Assembly: GCA_963713975.1 (NCBI GenBank)
Contig: OY970218.1
Location: 3,296,001 to 3,360,000, forward strand
Reading direction: 5' to 3'
Origin: an uncultured Chloroflexia bacterium
Lineage (GTDB): Bacteria > Chloroflexota > Limnocylindria > Limnocylindrales > CSP1-4
Length of the DNA stretch: 64,000 nucleotides
Positions within the stretch are counted from its first letter, which is position 1. The number at the start of each line of letters is the position of its first letter. The notes beneath the pieces are model-generated. The model was not told the origin of the DNA. It made no database searches and saw nothing but the letters and a program-made list of their open reading frames with translations. This document shows, piece after piece, positions 21,888 to 31,100 of this stretch. The position numbers and the translations under genes are program-made.

Positions 21888-22363
21888 GGCGTGGGCTCCT
21901 CGCGCAGGGGCGCATCCGAAAACGCGCCATCCGTGGCCGCCACGAGGGCCCGGGCCACGAGCGCTCGCTCCGTCTCGAAGGTCAGGAGCGTCGATGCCTC
22001 GTCGAACCCGACCCACCGGACCTCGTCGAACTCGTGATCGTGGCGTCCGAGGTCGCCGCCGGTCGGGATCATCAGGAAGTAGTGCACGGTCTTGTGGATC
22101 CGCGTCCGCCCCTGCACGAAGCTGTACTCGATCGAGTCGAAGGGCCGGATGATCCGGACCTCGAGGCCGGATTCCTCGCGCACCTCGCGGACCGCGGTCT
22201 CCTCCCGTGTCTCGCCACCGTTCGGGGTCCCCTTGGGCAGCGTCCAGGTCATGGTGTCGCGCTCGCGCACGCGCTTGCCGACCACCAGCTGGGGGGCTTC
22301 CTCGATGAATCGGACGACGATGCCACCGGCGGAGGTGGCGGTGGCCTGCCTCAGGCGCGCCAC
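21884..22363 (-). CDS. NUDIX hydrolase
   Basis: SAGGIV and Nudix box LPKGTPNGGETREETAVREVREESGL. Start uncertain (GTG 22363 or 22489). Confidence 0.85.
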   Translation of the reverse strand: MARLRQATATSAGGIVVRFIEEAPQLVVGKRVRERDTMTWTLPKGTPNGGETREETAVREVREESGLEVRIIRPFDSIEYSFVQGRTRIHKTVHYFLMIPTGGDLGRHDHEFDEVRWVGFDEASTLLTFETERALVARALVAATDGAFSDAPLREEPTP

Positions 22364-22668
22364 GCCGGCGCCAGAGAGGGTCGGGGCGGGCCGCTGCCAC
22401 GACTCGAGCTCGTCCAGGACATCGTCGTCGCCGGCTTCGGTCGCCCGCTGCGTACCGGCCGCGCCGGTGCGCAGATCAGCGTGCGCCACGGGGCTTGCAG
22501 CGCCGTCATGAGCCCCACGTTGGGACTGCGGAGGACCGTGCGATGGCTCGTCGCTGCGGCGAACGAGGGGCCGGCGTGCAGCCCGAGGCGCCGCTCACGG
22601 GCCCGGGTACCCGGGTGGACATACTGGGCCGGCCACGCCGCATGGCGAGCGACGATGCTGTGCTGCAT
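22351..22668 (-). CDS. Hypothetical protein (105 aa), probably leaderless
   Basis: Fills the gap between the panG-like gene and NUDIX; TACGAT -10 box exactly 6 nt upstream of the ATG. No recognisable domain. Confidence 0.42.
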   Translation of the reverse strand: MQHSIVARHAAWPAQYVHPGTRARERRLGLHAGPSFAAATSHRTVLRSPNVGLMTALQAPWRTLICAPARPVRSGRPKPATTMSWTSSSRGSGPPRPSLAPAWRA

Positions 22669-22685
22669 GCCCGCATCGTACCGCG

Positions 22686-23747
22686 TCACGGGTCGGCTGC
22701 AAGTGCAGCCGCGAGCCGGTCCGCAGCTTCCGGTGACAGCACGCCCCGCGCATTGGCGAGCGGGATCGATCGCGCCACCAGCGCCCGGTACACGGGCAGC
22801 GCGCCAGGGGCGCCCGACGCGAGCGCCGCGAGATGCGCCTCGATCGTGCCTGCGTCGCCACGCGTGACCGGGCCCGTCAGGGCCCCCGCGATGCCCAGCG
22901 CACGCGCGTTGGCAACGGTCTGCTCGAGGAGGGGCACGTAGACCTGCAGAGTGCCGTGCTCGTCCAGGCCCATCACGGCCGCGATCTCGCGGATCGTGTC
23001 CAGCAGCGCCGTGACGCCACCCGCCGCCAGGACCGCTGCGGCGTGGTAGGCGGCCTTGGAGCCCGGAGCCAGGCGGACTGCAACCCCACCGATGGCGGCG
23101 GCCATGTCGGCCAGGTGCGCGACCAGGTCGTCGTCCCCCTCGATGGCGATCGTCGCCCCGGCGAGCGACGCGAGCGCACGATCGAGGTCCGCGAACGCCA
23201 CCAGGGGGTGGAACGCGCCGGCCTGGCTGCCCGCGCCGAGGGCCGGGTAGAGCACCTCGGCGCCCAGGAGGCCGCTCGTGTGGACGATGGCCTGGCCCGC
23301 GTACAGGCGGAGCGACGCCGCCAGCGGTGCCACCACGTCGTCCGGCACCGCCAGGATCACGAGCTCCACGTCGTCCACCAGCGCGGTGGCCTCGGCGAAC
23401 CCCCGGGCCGACCCGACATGGGCCCGGAACCGCTCCCGGCGCGCAGCATCACGCGATGCCACCGCCCCCACCGGCCAGCCGGCCCGGTCGAGGGCGACAC
23501 CGAGGGCGAGACCCACCGCGCCGGCTCCGACGATGCCCACGACCGGCCGCTCGCCGGGTTCGGAGTGGGCGTGCGGATGCTCGTGGTCGCTGTCGTGCTC
23601 GAGGTCCTCATGGCGGTGGCGGCCGGGAAGGGCCGGATCGAGGTTGATCCCCTCCTCCTCGAGCGCGCGCAGCGTCTCGGCGTCCTCAGCGGCACGGCGT
23701 TCGGCACGCTCGCGAAGGATGTCGTCGGCGCGGTCCCAGGCCCTCAT
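22686..23747 (-). CDS. Rossmann-like/DUF2520 oxidoreductase (PanG-type ketopantoate reductase family) with His-rich N-terminal extension
   Basis: GIVGAGAVG, LAVPDD, VHTSG, FHPL, YHAAAV, LTGPVTRGD motifs. Confidence 0.85.
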   Translation of the reverse strand: MRAWDRADDILRERAERRAAEDAETLRALEEEGINLDPALPGRHRHEDLEHDSDHEHPHAHSEPGERPVVGIVGAGAVGLALGVALDRAGWPVGAVASRDAARRERFRAHVGSARGFAEATALVDDVELVILAVPDDVVAPLAASLRLYAGQAIVHTSGLLGAEVLYPALGAGSQAGAFHPLVAFADLDRALASLAGATIAIEGDDDLVAHLADMAAAIGGVAVRLAPGSKAAYHAAAVLAAGGVTALLDTIREIAAVMGLDEHGTLQVYVPLLEQTVANARALGIAGALTGPVTRGDAGTIEAHLAALASGAPGALPVYRALVARSIPLANARGVLSPEAADRLAAALAADP

Positions 23748-23779
23748 CGGGTACCGATGCCCCCCGAGCCAGGACCCGC

Positions 23780-23821
23780 GCGGTATGCTTCCATGCAGCG
23801 GCGGTATGCTTCCATGCAGCG
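23780..23821. repeat. Perfect 21-bp tandem duplication in a divergent promoter region
   Basis: GCGGTATGCTTCCATGCAGCG at 23780-23800 and 23801-23821. Confidence 0.95.
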
Positions 23822-23883
23822 AGTGTAGCGAGCGGTTCGAGGGCGCACCCTCATCGCCCGGTCCCCACCAGCGGAGACAGAGC

Positions 23884-26559
23884 ATGGCCACGCCCAACGC
23901 ATTCGGCTCCCGGGCATCCCTTGGCCCCGGCCTCCCAGACTTGTACCGCCTGTCCGCGCTGGCCGGATCCGGCCTCGCGGTCGGCGTCGATCTCGGGCGG
24001 GCGCCCGTGACCCTCAAGATCCTGCTCGAGAACGCGCTCCGCCACGCTGGCGGCGGCATCGTCCTCGAGGAGGACGTCGCGACGCTGGCGGGCTGGCGGC
24101 CCGATGGCACGGGTGAGGCCGAGATCCCGTTCATGCCCAGTCGGGTCGTCCTCCAGGACTTCACCGGTGTCCCCGCCGTGGTCGACCTGGCCGCCATGCG
24201 CGATGCCATGGCCTCGCTCGGCGGGGATCCTGCGCGGGTCAACCCGCTCGTCCCGGCGGACCTGGTGATCGACCACTCCGTCCAGATCGATGCGTGGGGC
24301 GGCAGCGGCGCCTTCGCCTTCAACGTCGGTCGCGAGTACGAGCGCAACGGTGAGCGCTACCAGCTCCTGCGCTGGGCCCAGACGGCGTTCCGCGACCTGC
24401 GGGTCGTGCCGCCGGGCACGGGCATCATCCACCAGGTGAACCTCGAGTTCCTCGCCTCGGTGGTCGCCGACCGCGAGGACCCGGGAGGCCGTGTCGCGTT
24501 CCCGGACACGCTGGTGGGCACCGACTCCCACACCACGATGATCAACGGCCTCGGGGTCCTGGGCTACGGCGTCGGCGGGATCGAGGCCGAGGCCGTGCTG
24601 CTGGGCCAGCCGCTCTACCAGCCGATGCCGCGGATCGTTGGCGTCCGGCTCCACGGCGAGCTGCCCGGGGCAGCGACGGCGACCGACCTCGTGCTCGTGA
24701 TCACCGAGATGCTGCGCAAGTACGGCGTCGTCGGCGCGTTCGTGGAGTTCGCCGGCGATGGGCTGGCCGGGCTCTCGCTCGCCGACCGGGCGACGATCTC
24801 CAACATGAGCCCCGAGTTCGGGGCGACTTCGACCCTGTTCCCCATCGACGACGAGACGCTCGCGTACCTGCGGCTCACCGGCCGTCCCGCCGCGCGGGTC
24901 GAGCTCGTGGAGCGCTATGCCAAGGCGCAGGGCCTGTGGCGCGAGCCCGGAAACGGCCCGGAGTTCAGCGCCGCCCTGGAGCTGGACCTGGGGTCCGTGG
25001 AGCCCTCCCTCGCGGGCCCGCGGCGCCCGCAGGATCGGGTCGCGCTGGCCGGCGTGCCCGACAACTTCCTCGCCGCCTATCCGCAGACCGCGGGCGTCGC
25101 GGCCAAGCCCGTCGAGGCGGGTGGCCGGGAGGTCGAGATCGGGCATGGCTCGGTCACGATCGCCGCGATCACCTCGTGCACGAACACCTCGAACCCGGCG
25201 GTCATGGTGGGGGCCGGCCTGCTGGCCCGGAACGCCGTGGCCAGGGGCCTCCGGTCCTCGCCGATCGCCAAGACGTCGCTGGCCCCGGGCTCGCGCGCGG
25301 TGACCGGCTACCTCGAGCGTGCGGGCCTCATGGAGCCGCTCGCCAAGCTCGGGTTCGCGTTGGCCGGCTATGGCTGCACGACCTGCATCGGCAACTCCGG
25401 TCCGCTCGACGAGCCGGTGGCACGGGCCATCGAGGCCGACGAACTGGTCGTGGCGGCCGTGCTGTCGGGCAACCGGAACTTCGAGGGTCGCGTGCATCCG
25501 CTGGTGCGGGCGGCCTACCTCGCGTCGCCGCCGCTGGTCGTCGCGTACGCGCTTGCCGGGCGCATGGACATCGACCTCACCACGCAGCCGCTGGGCATCG
25601 GCGACGACGGGTCGCCCGTCATGCTGGCCGACATCTGGCCGAGCCCCGACGAGGTAAGCGAGGTCATGGCCGCGTCCATCGATCCCGCCCTGTTCCGCGA
25701 GACGTATGCCACGGTGTTCGAGGGCGACGAGCAGTGGCGCGCCCTGCCGATCCCGGCTGGCGACCGCTACGCGTGGGACGAGGCATCGACGTATGTCGCC
25801 AGCCCGCCGTTCTTCGCCGGCCTGACGGCGGAGCCCGCGCCGCTCACCGACATCTCGGGGGCCCGGGCCCTGGCGGTCCTCGGCGACTCGGTCACGACGG
25901 ACCACATCAGCCCCGCCGGGTCCATCGCCGCCTGGTCCCCCGCCGGCGAGTGGCTGCAGGCCCACGACGTGAGCCCCGTGGACTTCAACTCGTACGGTGC
26001 CCGGCGCGGCCACCACGAGGTGATGATGCGCGGGACCTTCGGCAACATCCGCCTGCGGAACCGGCTGGCCGAGGACCGGGAGGGGCCGTACACGGTCCAC
26101 CTGCCCGATGGCGAGCAGGCCTTCATCTACGACGCCGCGATGCGCTACCGGGACGAGGGCGTGCCGCTGGTGATCCTCGCGGGCAAGGAGTACGGATCGG
26201 GCTCGTCGCGGGACTGGGCGGCCAAGGGCACCACGCTCCTGGGCGTCCGCGCAGTGATCGCGGAGAGCTACGAGCGGATCCACCGCTCCAACCTCGTGGG
26301 CATGGGCGTGCTGCCGCTCCAGTTCCGGCCCGGCGAGAGCGCGACATCCCTCGGGCTGACCGGCCGCGAGTCCTTCACCATCGCCGGCCTGGCCACCATG
26401 GGACCGCGCGAGATCGTGACGGTCGTCGCCCGCTCCGACGAGGATGGCTCGGAGCGGGAGTTCCAGGTGATCGCCCGGCTTGACGGCCCGATCGAGGTGG
26501 ACTACCTCCGCCAGGGCGGCATCCTGCCGGCGGTGCTGCGGCGGCTTGCCGCCCTCTGA
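23884..26559 (+). CDS. acnA: Aconitate hydratase A
   Basis: SRVVLQDFTGVPAVVDLAAMR, DHSVQ, AAITSCTNTSNP, GYGCTTCIGNSG, GSGSSRDWAAKG. Confidence 0.97.
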   Translation: MATPNAFGSRASLGPGLPDLYRLSALAGSGLAVGVDLGRAPVTLKILLENALRHAGGGIVLEEDVATLAGWRPDGTGEAEIPFMPSRVVLQDFTGVPAVVDLAAMRDAMASLGGDPARVNPLVPADLVIDHSVQIDAWGGSGAFAFNVGREYERNGERYQLLRWAQTAFRDLRVVPPGTGIIHQVNLEFLASVVADREDPGGRVAFPDTLVGTDSHTTMINGLGVLGYGVGGIEAEAVLLGQPLYQPMPRIVGVRLHGELPGAATATDLVLVITEMLRKYGVVGAFVEFAGDGLAGLSLADRATISNMSPEFGATSTLFPIDDETLAYLRLTGRPAARVELVERYAKAQGLWREPGNGPEFSAALELDLGSVEPSLAGPRRPQDRVALAGVPDNFLAAYPQTAGVAAKPVEAGGREVEIGHGSVTIAAITSCTNTSNPAVMVGAGLLARNAVARGLRSSPIAKTSLAPGSRAVTGYLERAGLMEPLAKLGFALAGYGCTTCIGNSGPLDEPVARAIEADELVVAAVLSGNRNFEGRVHPLVRAAYLASPPLVVAYALAGRMDIDLTTQPLGIGDDGSPVMLADIWPSPDEVSEVMAASIDPALFRETYATVFEGDEQWRALPIPAGDRYAWDEASTYVASPPFFAGLTAEPAPLTDISGARALAVLGDSVTTDHISPAGSIAAWSPAGEWLQAHDVSPVDFNSYGARRGHHEVMMRGTFGNIRLRNRLAEDREGPYTVHLPDGEQAFIYDAAMRYRDEGVPLVILAGKEYGSGSSRDWAAKGTTLLGVRAVIAESYERIHRSNLVGMGVLPLQFRPGESATSLGLTGRESFTIAGLATMGPREIVTVVARSDEDGSEREFQVIARLDGPIEVDYLRQGGILPAVLRRLAAL

Positions 26560-26584
26560 CCCACCCGGGAGACCCGGTGGGCGC

Positions 26585-26619
26585 CACGAGGCCCCCCGTC
26601 GGAGACAGGGGGCCTCGTG
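26585..26619. terminator. Hairpin between the convergent acnA and MFS genes
   Basis: 12-bp inverted repeat CACGAGGCCCCC...GGGGGCCTCGTG. Confidence 0.55.
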
Positions 26620-26674
26620 TTCGACGATTCCTCGCGGCGCGGGGAGGAGAAGCCGCGCGACGAGGGGACCTCGT

Positions 26675-27907
26675 TCATGGCTTCGACGCGCGGGCATCGG
26701 CCCGTGTTACGGACCCTCGCGCGCGTCCCAGCCGGGCGCCCGCGTAGATCGCCCCAGCGGACGCGAAGGCGAACAGTCCGGCCCCCAGCATGCTGGTCCA
26801 CAGGCCCGCCGCCTCCGAGATCACGCCCATCAGCGGCGGGTAGACGAGCGAGCCGACCATGGCCGCCGACGTGAGCACGCTGCTGACGAAACTGGCACGG
26901 CCCGGGTACAGGGACCCCCCGATCGCCAGGATCATCGGGTAGACCGGGCCGGCGGCAAATCCCGCGATCGCGAAGCACGCCACGGAGACCGGCAGGGACG
27001 GCACGTTGATCGCCGCGATGATCGCCACGCCGCACGCGACCGCCCACGTGACCGCAAACCGCACGGCCCCCATCCGGTCCACGATGAACGAGCTCACCAG
27101 GCGCCCCAGCGCGAGCGCCGCCCAGAACAGCGACAACGCGATCGTGGCGACCGTGATGGGGGCGTCGTCCAGGTAGGCAACCAGCCAGCTCGAGACGCCC
27201 AGCTCCGCGGCCACGTAGCAGGCGATCGCCACCGAGAGCAGGACCAGGGGCAGCGGCACCCCGAGAGGACGCCGGGCTCGGGACGTGCCCTCACCACCCG
27301 CCGCTACGGGGCCGTGGGTGGGGGGCATTTTGCGCGTCGCGAGGAGCAGCGCGAGGGGCACGGCCGCCAGCGCCGTGACCGCCGCCACCGCCTGCCACGG
27401 GATCCCATTGGCCAGGCTCAGGCCGACCGCGAGCGGGACGGCGAGAGCACCCAGCGCGAAGAACAGGTGCAGGCGATTGAGCATCGCGGCCCGGCCGGCA
27501 AACAGGTCCATGAACAGGGCATTGACGCCCGCGTCGATGATCCCGGCGCCGAGGCCCATGGCCACGAACCCGGCCAGGAAGGCCGGCCACGACCCGGCGG
27601 CCGCGATCCCGGCCATGCCGACCGCGATCAGGCTCGGGCCGGCGGCGAGCAGCAGGCGCCGTGGCATGCGCCCCGCGAGGATCCCCGCGGACATGGTGCC
27701 CATGACGTACAGCAGGCCGTTGAGGAAGTAGGCCAGGCCCATGCCTCCATCGGTCTGTCCAAAGGTCCGCTGGACGTCCCGGATCACGGATGGGACGAGC
27801 AGGCTCGTCCAGCCCAGCAGCAGGAACGCGGCGAAGCCCACGACGACGGTCATCCGGCCGGGCACCTGGCTGGCGGCGGGCTGCGACGAGGCGGCGGGCT
27901 GCGACAT
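26675..27907 (-). CDS. MFS transporter
   Basis: About 12 hydrophobic helices; motif A-like GILAGRMPRR and SFIVDRMGAVR; LNRLHLFFALGA resembles FucP/TsgA-type members. Confidence 0.9.
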   Translation of the reverse strand: MSQPAASSQPAASQVPGRMTVVVGFAAFLLLGWTSLLVPSVIRDVQRTFGQTDGGMGLAYFLNGLLYVMGTMSAGILAGRMPRRLLLAAGPSLIAVGMAGIAAAGSWPAFLAGFVAMGLGAGIIDAGVNALFMDLFAGRAAMLNRLHLFFALGALAVPLAVGLSLANGIPWQAVAAVTALAAVPLALLLATRKMPPTHGPVAAGGEGTSRARRPLGVPLPLVLLSVAIACYVAAELGVSSWLVAYLDDAPITVATIALSLFWAALALGRLVSSFIVDRMGAVRFAVTWAVACGVAIIAAINVPSLPVSVACFAIAGFAAGPVYPMILAIGGSLYPGRASFVSSVLTSAAMVGSLVYPPLMGVISEAAGLWTSMLGAGLFAFASAGAIYAGARLGRARGSVTRADARASKP

Positions 27908-27919
27908 CGGGCTCCGGGA

Positions 27920-27949
27920 ATGCAGAAGGCGGAGCCGGAAGGCTCCGCC
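27920..27949 (-). terminator. Probable intrinsic terminator downstream of tRNA-Val
   Basis: Minus strand GGCGGAGCC-ttcc-GGCTCCGCC followed by TTCTGCATT. Confidence 0.6.
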
Positions 27950-27962
27950 GTGGTGGTCGCGG

Positions 27963-28043
<81 letters not shown>

Positions 28044-28100
28044 CCCGAGGGGGACCAGCATTCTAGCGCGCCCGAACGGGTCCCGGGAGCACCGACCCCA

Positions 28101-28382
28101 TCACGAGTGCAGGCCCGGCCATCGCTCCCGCGCCCGATCCGCCGGTAGCCCGTCCACGACGACCAGCTTGATCCGGCCCGCGGCGCCCGAGGCCAGGCGG
28201 AGGTCGCGGCGCGCCACGCCAAGCTCGTCCGCCAGGAGCCGGAGCAGCGCCTCGTTGGCAGCGCCGTCCACCGGGGGGGCGCTGACACGAGCCCGCAGGA
28301 CGCCGTCCGCGACACCATCGACCCGGTCCGACCCGCCGCGCGGCGTCAGGCGCACCCGGAAGCGGGCCTCAATCCCGCTCAC
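28101..28382 (-). CDS. yggU: DUF167/YggU family protein
   Basis: VRLTPRG, RVSAPPVDGAANEAL, SGAAGRIK. Confidence 0.88.
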   Translation of the reverse strand: MSGIEARFRVRLTPRGGSDRVDGVADGVLRARVSAPPVDGAANEALLRLLADELGVARRDLRLASGAAGRIKLVVVDGLPADRARERWPGLHS

Positions 28383-29116
28383 CTGGATCCGGCCGGTGCC
28401 GCGGTACGGTCGCCGAAGATCGCCCGGCCGACCCTGACGATCGTCGCGCCCTCCTCCACGGCCAGCTCGTAATCGTCGGACATGCCCATCGACAGCGCCG
28501 GGCCGAGGCCTGGCCAGGTGCGGCGCAGCGCGCCGGACAGCTCCCGCAGCGCGCTGAACGTGGCCCGCGCCTCGGCGGGGTCGGCGGTCAGGCGGCCGAT
28601 GGTCATCAGTCCGAGGACGTCGAGCGCCGGGAGCCGGACCAGGCGGTCCATCGCCGACCGCAGCGAATCGGGACTGAAGCCGGCCTTCGCGGGATCGAGG
28701 TCCACGTTCACCTGCAGCAGGATCGAGACGGGGCGTCCCACGTGAGCCTCGGATGCGATCCCGGAGAGCCGGACCGCAAGCTCCTCGGAGTGGACGGACT
28801 CGATGACGTCGAATAGCTCGATCGCCCGGCGCGCCTTGTTCCCCTGGACCGGCCCGATGAGATGCCAGGTGGCGCCGGGCACCTCGGGGATCTTGGCGGC
28901 TCCCTCCTGGACCCGGTTCTCCCCGAGGGTGGTGAAGCCCCCGGCCACGGCCGTGCGCACCCGGCTGGCAGGCACGGTCTTGGAGACCGCGACCAGGGTG
29001 ACCGAGTCCGGGTCGCGTCCACTGCGCGTCGCTGCCGCTGCGATGCGCTCCTGCACATCCTCCCGGGCGCGCGTGAACGCCTCGACCTCCAGGGGATCGA
29101 GGCGTTCAGTGGTCAT
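28379..29116 (-). CDS. yggS: PLP homeostasis protein (YggS/PLPBP)
   Basis: LVAVSKT, GENRVQE, WHLIG, GLMTIG, LSMGMSDDYELAVEEGATIVRVGRAIFG. Confidence 0.96.
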   Translation of the reverse strand: MTTERLDPLEVEAFTRAREDVQERIAAAATRSGRDPDSVTLVAVSKTVPASRVRTAVAGGFTTLGENRVQEGAAKIPEVPGATWHLIGPVQGNKARRAIELFDVIESVHSEELAVRLSGIASEAHVGRPVSILLQVNVDLDPAKAGFSPDSLRSAMDRLVRLPALDVLGLMTIGRLTADPAEARATFSALRELSGALRRTWPGLGPALSMGMSDDYELAVEEGATIVRVGRAIFGDRTAAPAGSR

Positions 29117-29148
29117 CGGAGCGGCCGCCCGCGGAGGCGGGCACCGGC

Positions 29149-30384
29149 TCAGCGGCGGCGGAGGAAGCTCGGGATCTCGAGGTCGTCCGCGTCGTAGGGA
29201 GCAGCCTTGCGCGCAGGGGCCTCACCAACGGACCGCGAGGGCGCAGTGTCCCGGACACGCGGCACGTCGGGGTCGACCTCGGTGCGCTGGCGCTCCAGCT
29301 CCTCCAGGAAGTCGCGAGCAGGGACGGTCGGCATCACCGTGGCGGGTGCCCCGGCGGCTGCGCCGGCGGGACGCGACCCCACGGCCGAGCCGGAACGCTC
29401 GGCGGCGGCGGCGCGACCGGTCTCCTGGCGGCGCCGGGCGTCGAAACCCGTGGCGATCACGGTGATCATCACGTCCTCGCCGAGGCGCTCGTTGAAGCTG
29501 GTCCCGAAGATGATGTTGGCCTCCGGATCTGCCGCGGCCTTGATCTCCTCGGCTGCCTCGGTGACCTCCCACAGGGTGAGGTTCGCCGAACCGGTGATGT
29601 TGAACAGGATCCCCTGGGCGCCGGCGATGCTGATCTCCAGCAGCGGGCTGGCCACGGCCTGGCGTGCAGCCTCGAGAGCGCGGCTCTCGCCGCTCGCCCG
29701 GCCGATGCCCATCAGGGCGGACCCCGCGTCCTTCATGATCGTGCGCACGTCGGCAAAGTCGAGGTTGATCAGCCCGGGCACCGTGATGATGTCGCTGATG
29801 CCCGCGACGCCCTGGCGGAGGACGTCATCCACGACCCGGAACGCGTCGACGATGGACACGTTCTTCTGCACCACGTCGCGCAGGCGGTCGTTGGGGATGG
29901 TGATCAGGGTGTCGACCTTGGCCTTGAGCTCCTCAGCGGCCTTTTCGGCCACGAGCTTGCGGCGGCTCCCCTCGAAGCTGAAGGGCTTGGTGACGACACC
30001 GATCGTGAGCGCGCCCTGTTCCTTCGCGATCTCGGCCACGATGGGTGCCGCGCCGGAGCCGGTGCCCCCGCCCAGCCCGGCGGTGATAAACACCATGTCC
30101 GAATCCGCGAGGGCGTCCGAGATCTTGTCCCGGTCCTCCTCCGCCGCGCGCGCACCGATGGTGGCGTCGCCGCCTGCACCGAGGCCGCGGGTGATCTTGT
30201 CGCCGATGCGGATCTTGTGCGGGGCGTCGGACTGGAGAAGGGCCTGGGCATCCGTGTTGCAGGCGATGAACTCGACGCCCATCATCTCGGCGCGGATCAT
30301 CCGGTTCACGGCGTTGCTGCCGCCGCCGCCCACGCCGATGACGCGGATGAGGGCGAAGTTCTCGGAGTCGGAACGCAGCGGCAT
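29149..30384 (-). CDS. ftsZ: Cell division protein FtsZ
   Basis: [13 protein letters not shown], tubulin motif [16 protein letters not shown]-terminal [12 protein letters not shown]. Confidence 0.98.
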   Translation of the reverse strand: MPLRSDSENFALIRVIGVGGGGSNAVNRMIRAEMMGVEFIACNTDAQALLQSDAPHKIRIGDKITRGLGAGGDATIGARAAEEDRDKISDALADSDMVFITAGLGGGTGSGAAPIVAEIAKEQGALTIGVVTKPFSFEGSRRKLVAEKAAEELKAKVDTLITIPNDRLRDVVQKNVSIVDAFRVVDDVLRQGVAGISDIITVPGLINLDFADVRTIMKDAGSALMGIGRASGESRALEAARQAVASPLLEISIAGAQGILFNITGSANLTLWEVTEAAEEIKAAADPEANIIFGTSFNERLGEDVMITVIATGFDARRRQETGRAAAAERSGSAVGSRPAGAAAGAPATVMPTVPARDFLEELERQRTEVDPDVPRVRDTAPSRSVGEAPARKAAPYDADDLEIPSFLRRR

Positions 30385-30492
30385 CGGCGCTCTCCTGGAG
30401 GTTGGCGGCGCTGGAATTGGCGTCGGATCGTTGGTCGCTCGGCCCCGCGAGCCCCTGCGCCGGTGGCGCGCCGGACCCCTTCGGGAGTTTGG

Positions 30493-30498
30493 AGTATA
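30493..30498 (-). promoter_or_regulatory. Candidate -10 element of a dedicated ftsZ promoter
   Basis: TATACT on the minus strand, about 110 nt upstream of ftsZ within a 300-bp intergenic gap. Confidence 0.4.
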
Positions 30499-30683
30499 CC
30501 CGCGTGGTCGGGATCGGTCCCTGTCGAAATCGAGGACCGTCGGCCGTGGCTCACCGGTCGCCGCAAGGTCCTGGTTCCGATCCCTGCATGACTCAGGCCA
30601 CGCTTGGAGCCGTCAGGGCCATGCGGCTGCGGATCGGATCACAGGTCGGCGAGCGTGGCGGCGGCCGCCGCAGCCCCCAGCTT

Positions 30684-31097
30684 TCAGCCGGCGAGGAAGC
30701 TCAACCGGACGCGGCGGGTCGCGTTGTCCTCGTTGGGATCCAGCAGCGTGATCGACTGCCATGTGCCGAGCGCGAGGCGACCCCCGATCACCGGGACGCT
30801 CATCGACGGCGGCGCGAGCAGCGGCAGCACGTGGTCGGCGCCATGGCCCGGTGACCCGTGGCGATGGGTCCAGCGGTCATCACGCGGCAGCAGGCGGTCC
30901 AGGGCGGTCACGGCGTCGTCGTCGGAACCGGCACCCAGCTCGAGCACGACGATGCCCGCCGTCGCGTGCGGGACGAAGACATGGAGCAGCCCGTCACCAC
31001 CCTCGGCCGCCTCGGCGGCGAAGCGGGCACAGGCCGGTGTCAGGTCCGTGAAGCCCCGGTCTCGGCCGGTCCGGACCTCGAGCTCCAGCGAGCGCAT
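30684..31097 (-). CDS. yjbQ: YjbQ/UPF0047 family protein
   Basis: FVPHATAG, HRHGSPGHGADH, LGTWQSI. Confidence 0.9.
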   Translation of the reverse strand: MRSLELEVRTGRDRGFTDLTPACARFAAEAAEGGDGLLHVFVPHATAGIVVLELGAGSDDDAVTALDRLLPRDDRWTHRHGSPGHGADHVLPLLAPPSMSVPVIGGRLALGTWQSITLLDPNEDNATRRVRLSFLAG

Positions 31098-31100
31098 GCG

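Noticed and set aside
22490-22690. Expected glycine riboswitch upstream of gcvT
   Set aside because: Conserved aptamer motifs (GGAGA...CCGAAG...CTCTCAGG) are not seen. A highly diverged copy cannot be excluded without a covariance search.
23278-23883. Apparent 200-aa N-terminal extension of aconitase in the ORF track (similar extensions on gcvT, ddl, murB, sucD, rnhA)
   Set aside because: Artefacts of choosing the most upstream start. They overlap neighbouring genes, and homology begins at the downstream starts used here.
23851-26697. Very long antisense and alternate-frame ORFs (e.g. 948 aa opposite acnA; also 8834-11716, 13593-15950, 42421-44895)
   Set aside because: Shadow ORFs expected at this GC content. 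They are Arg/Gly/Pro-rich, lack motifs and overlap clearly identified genes.
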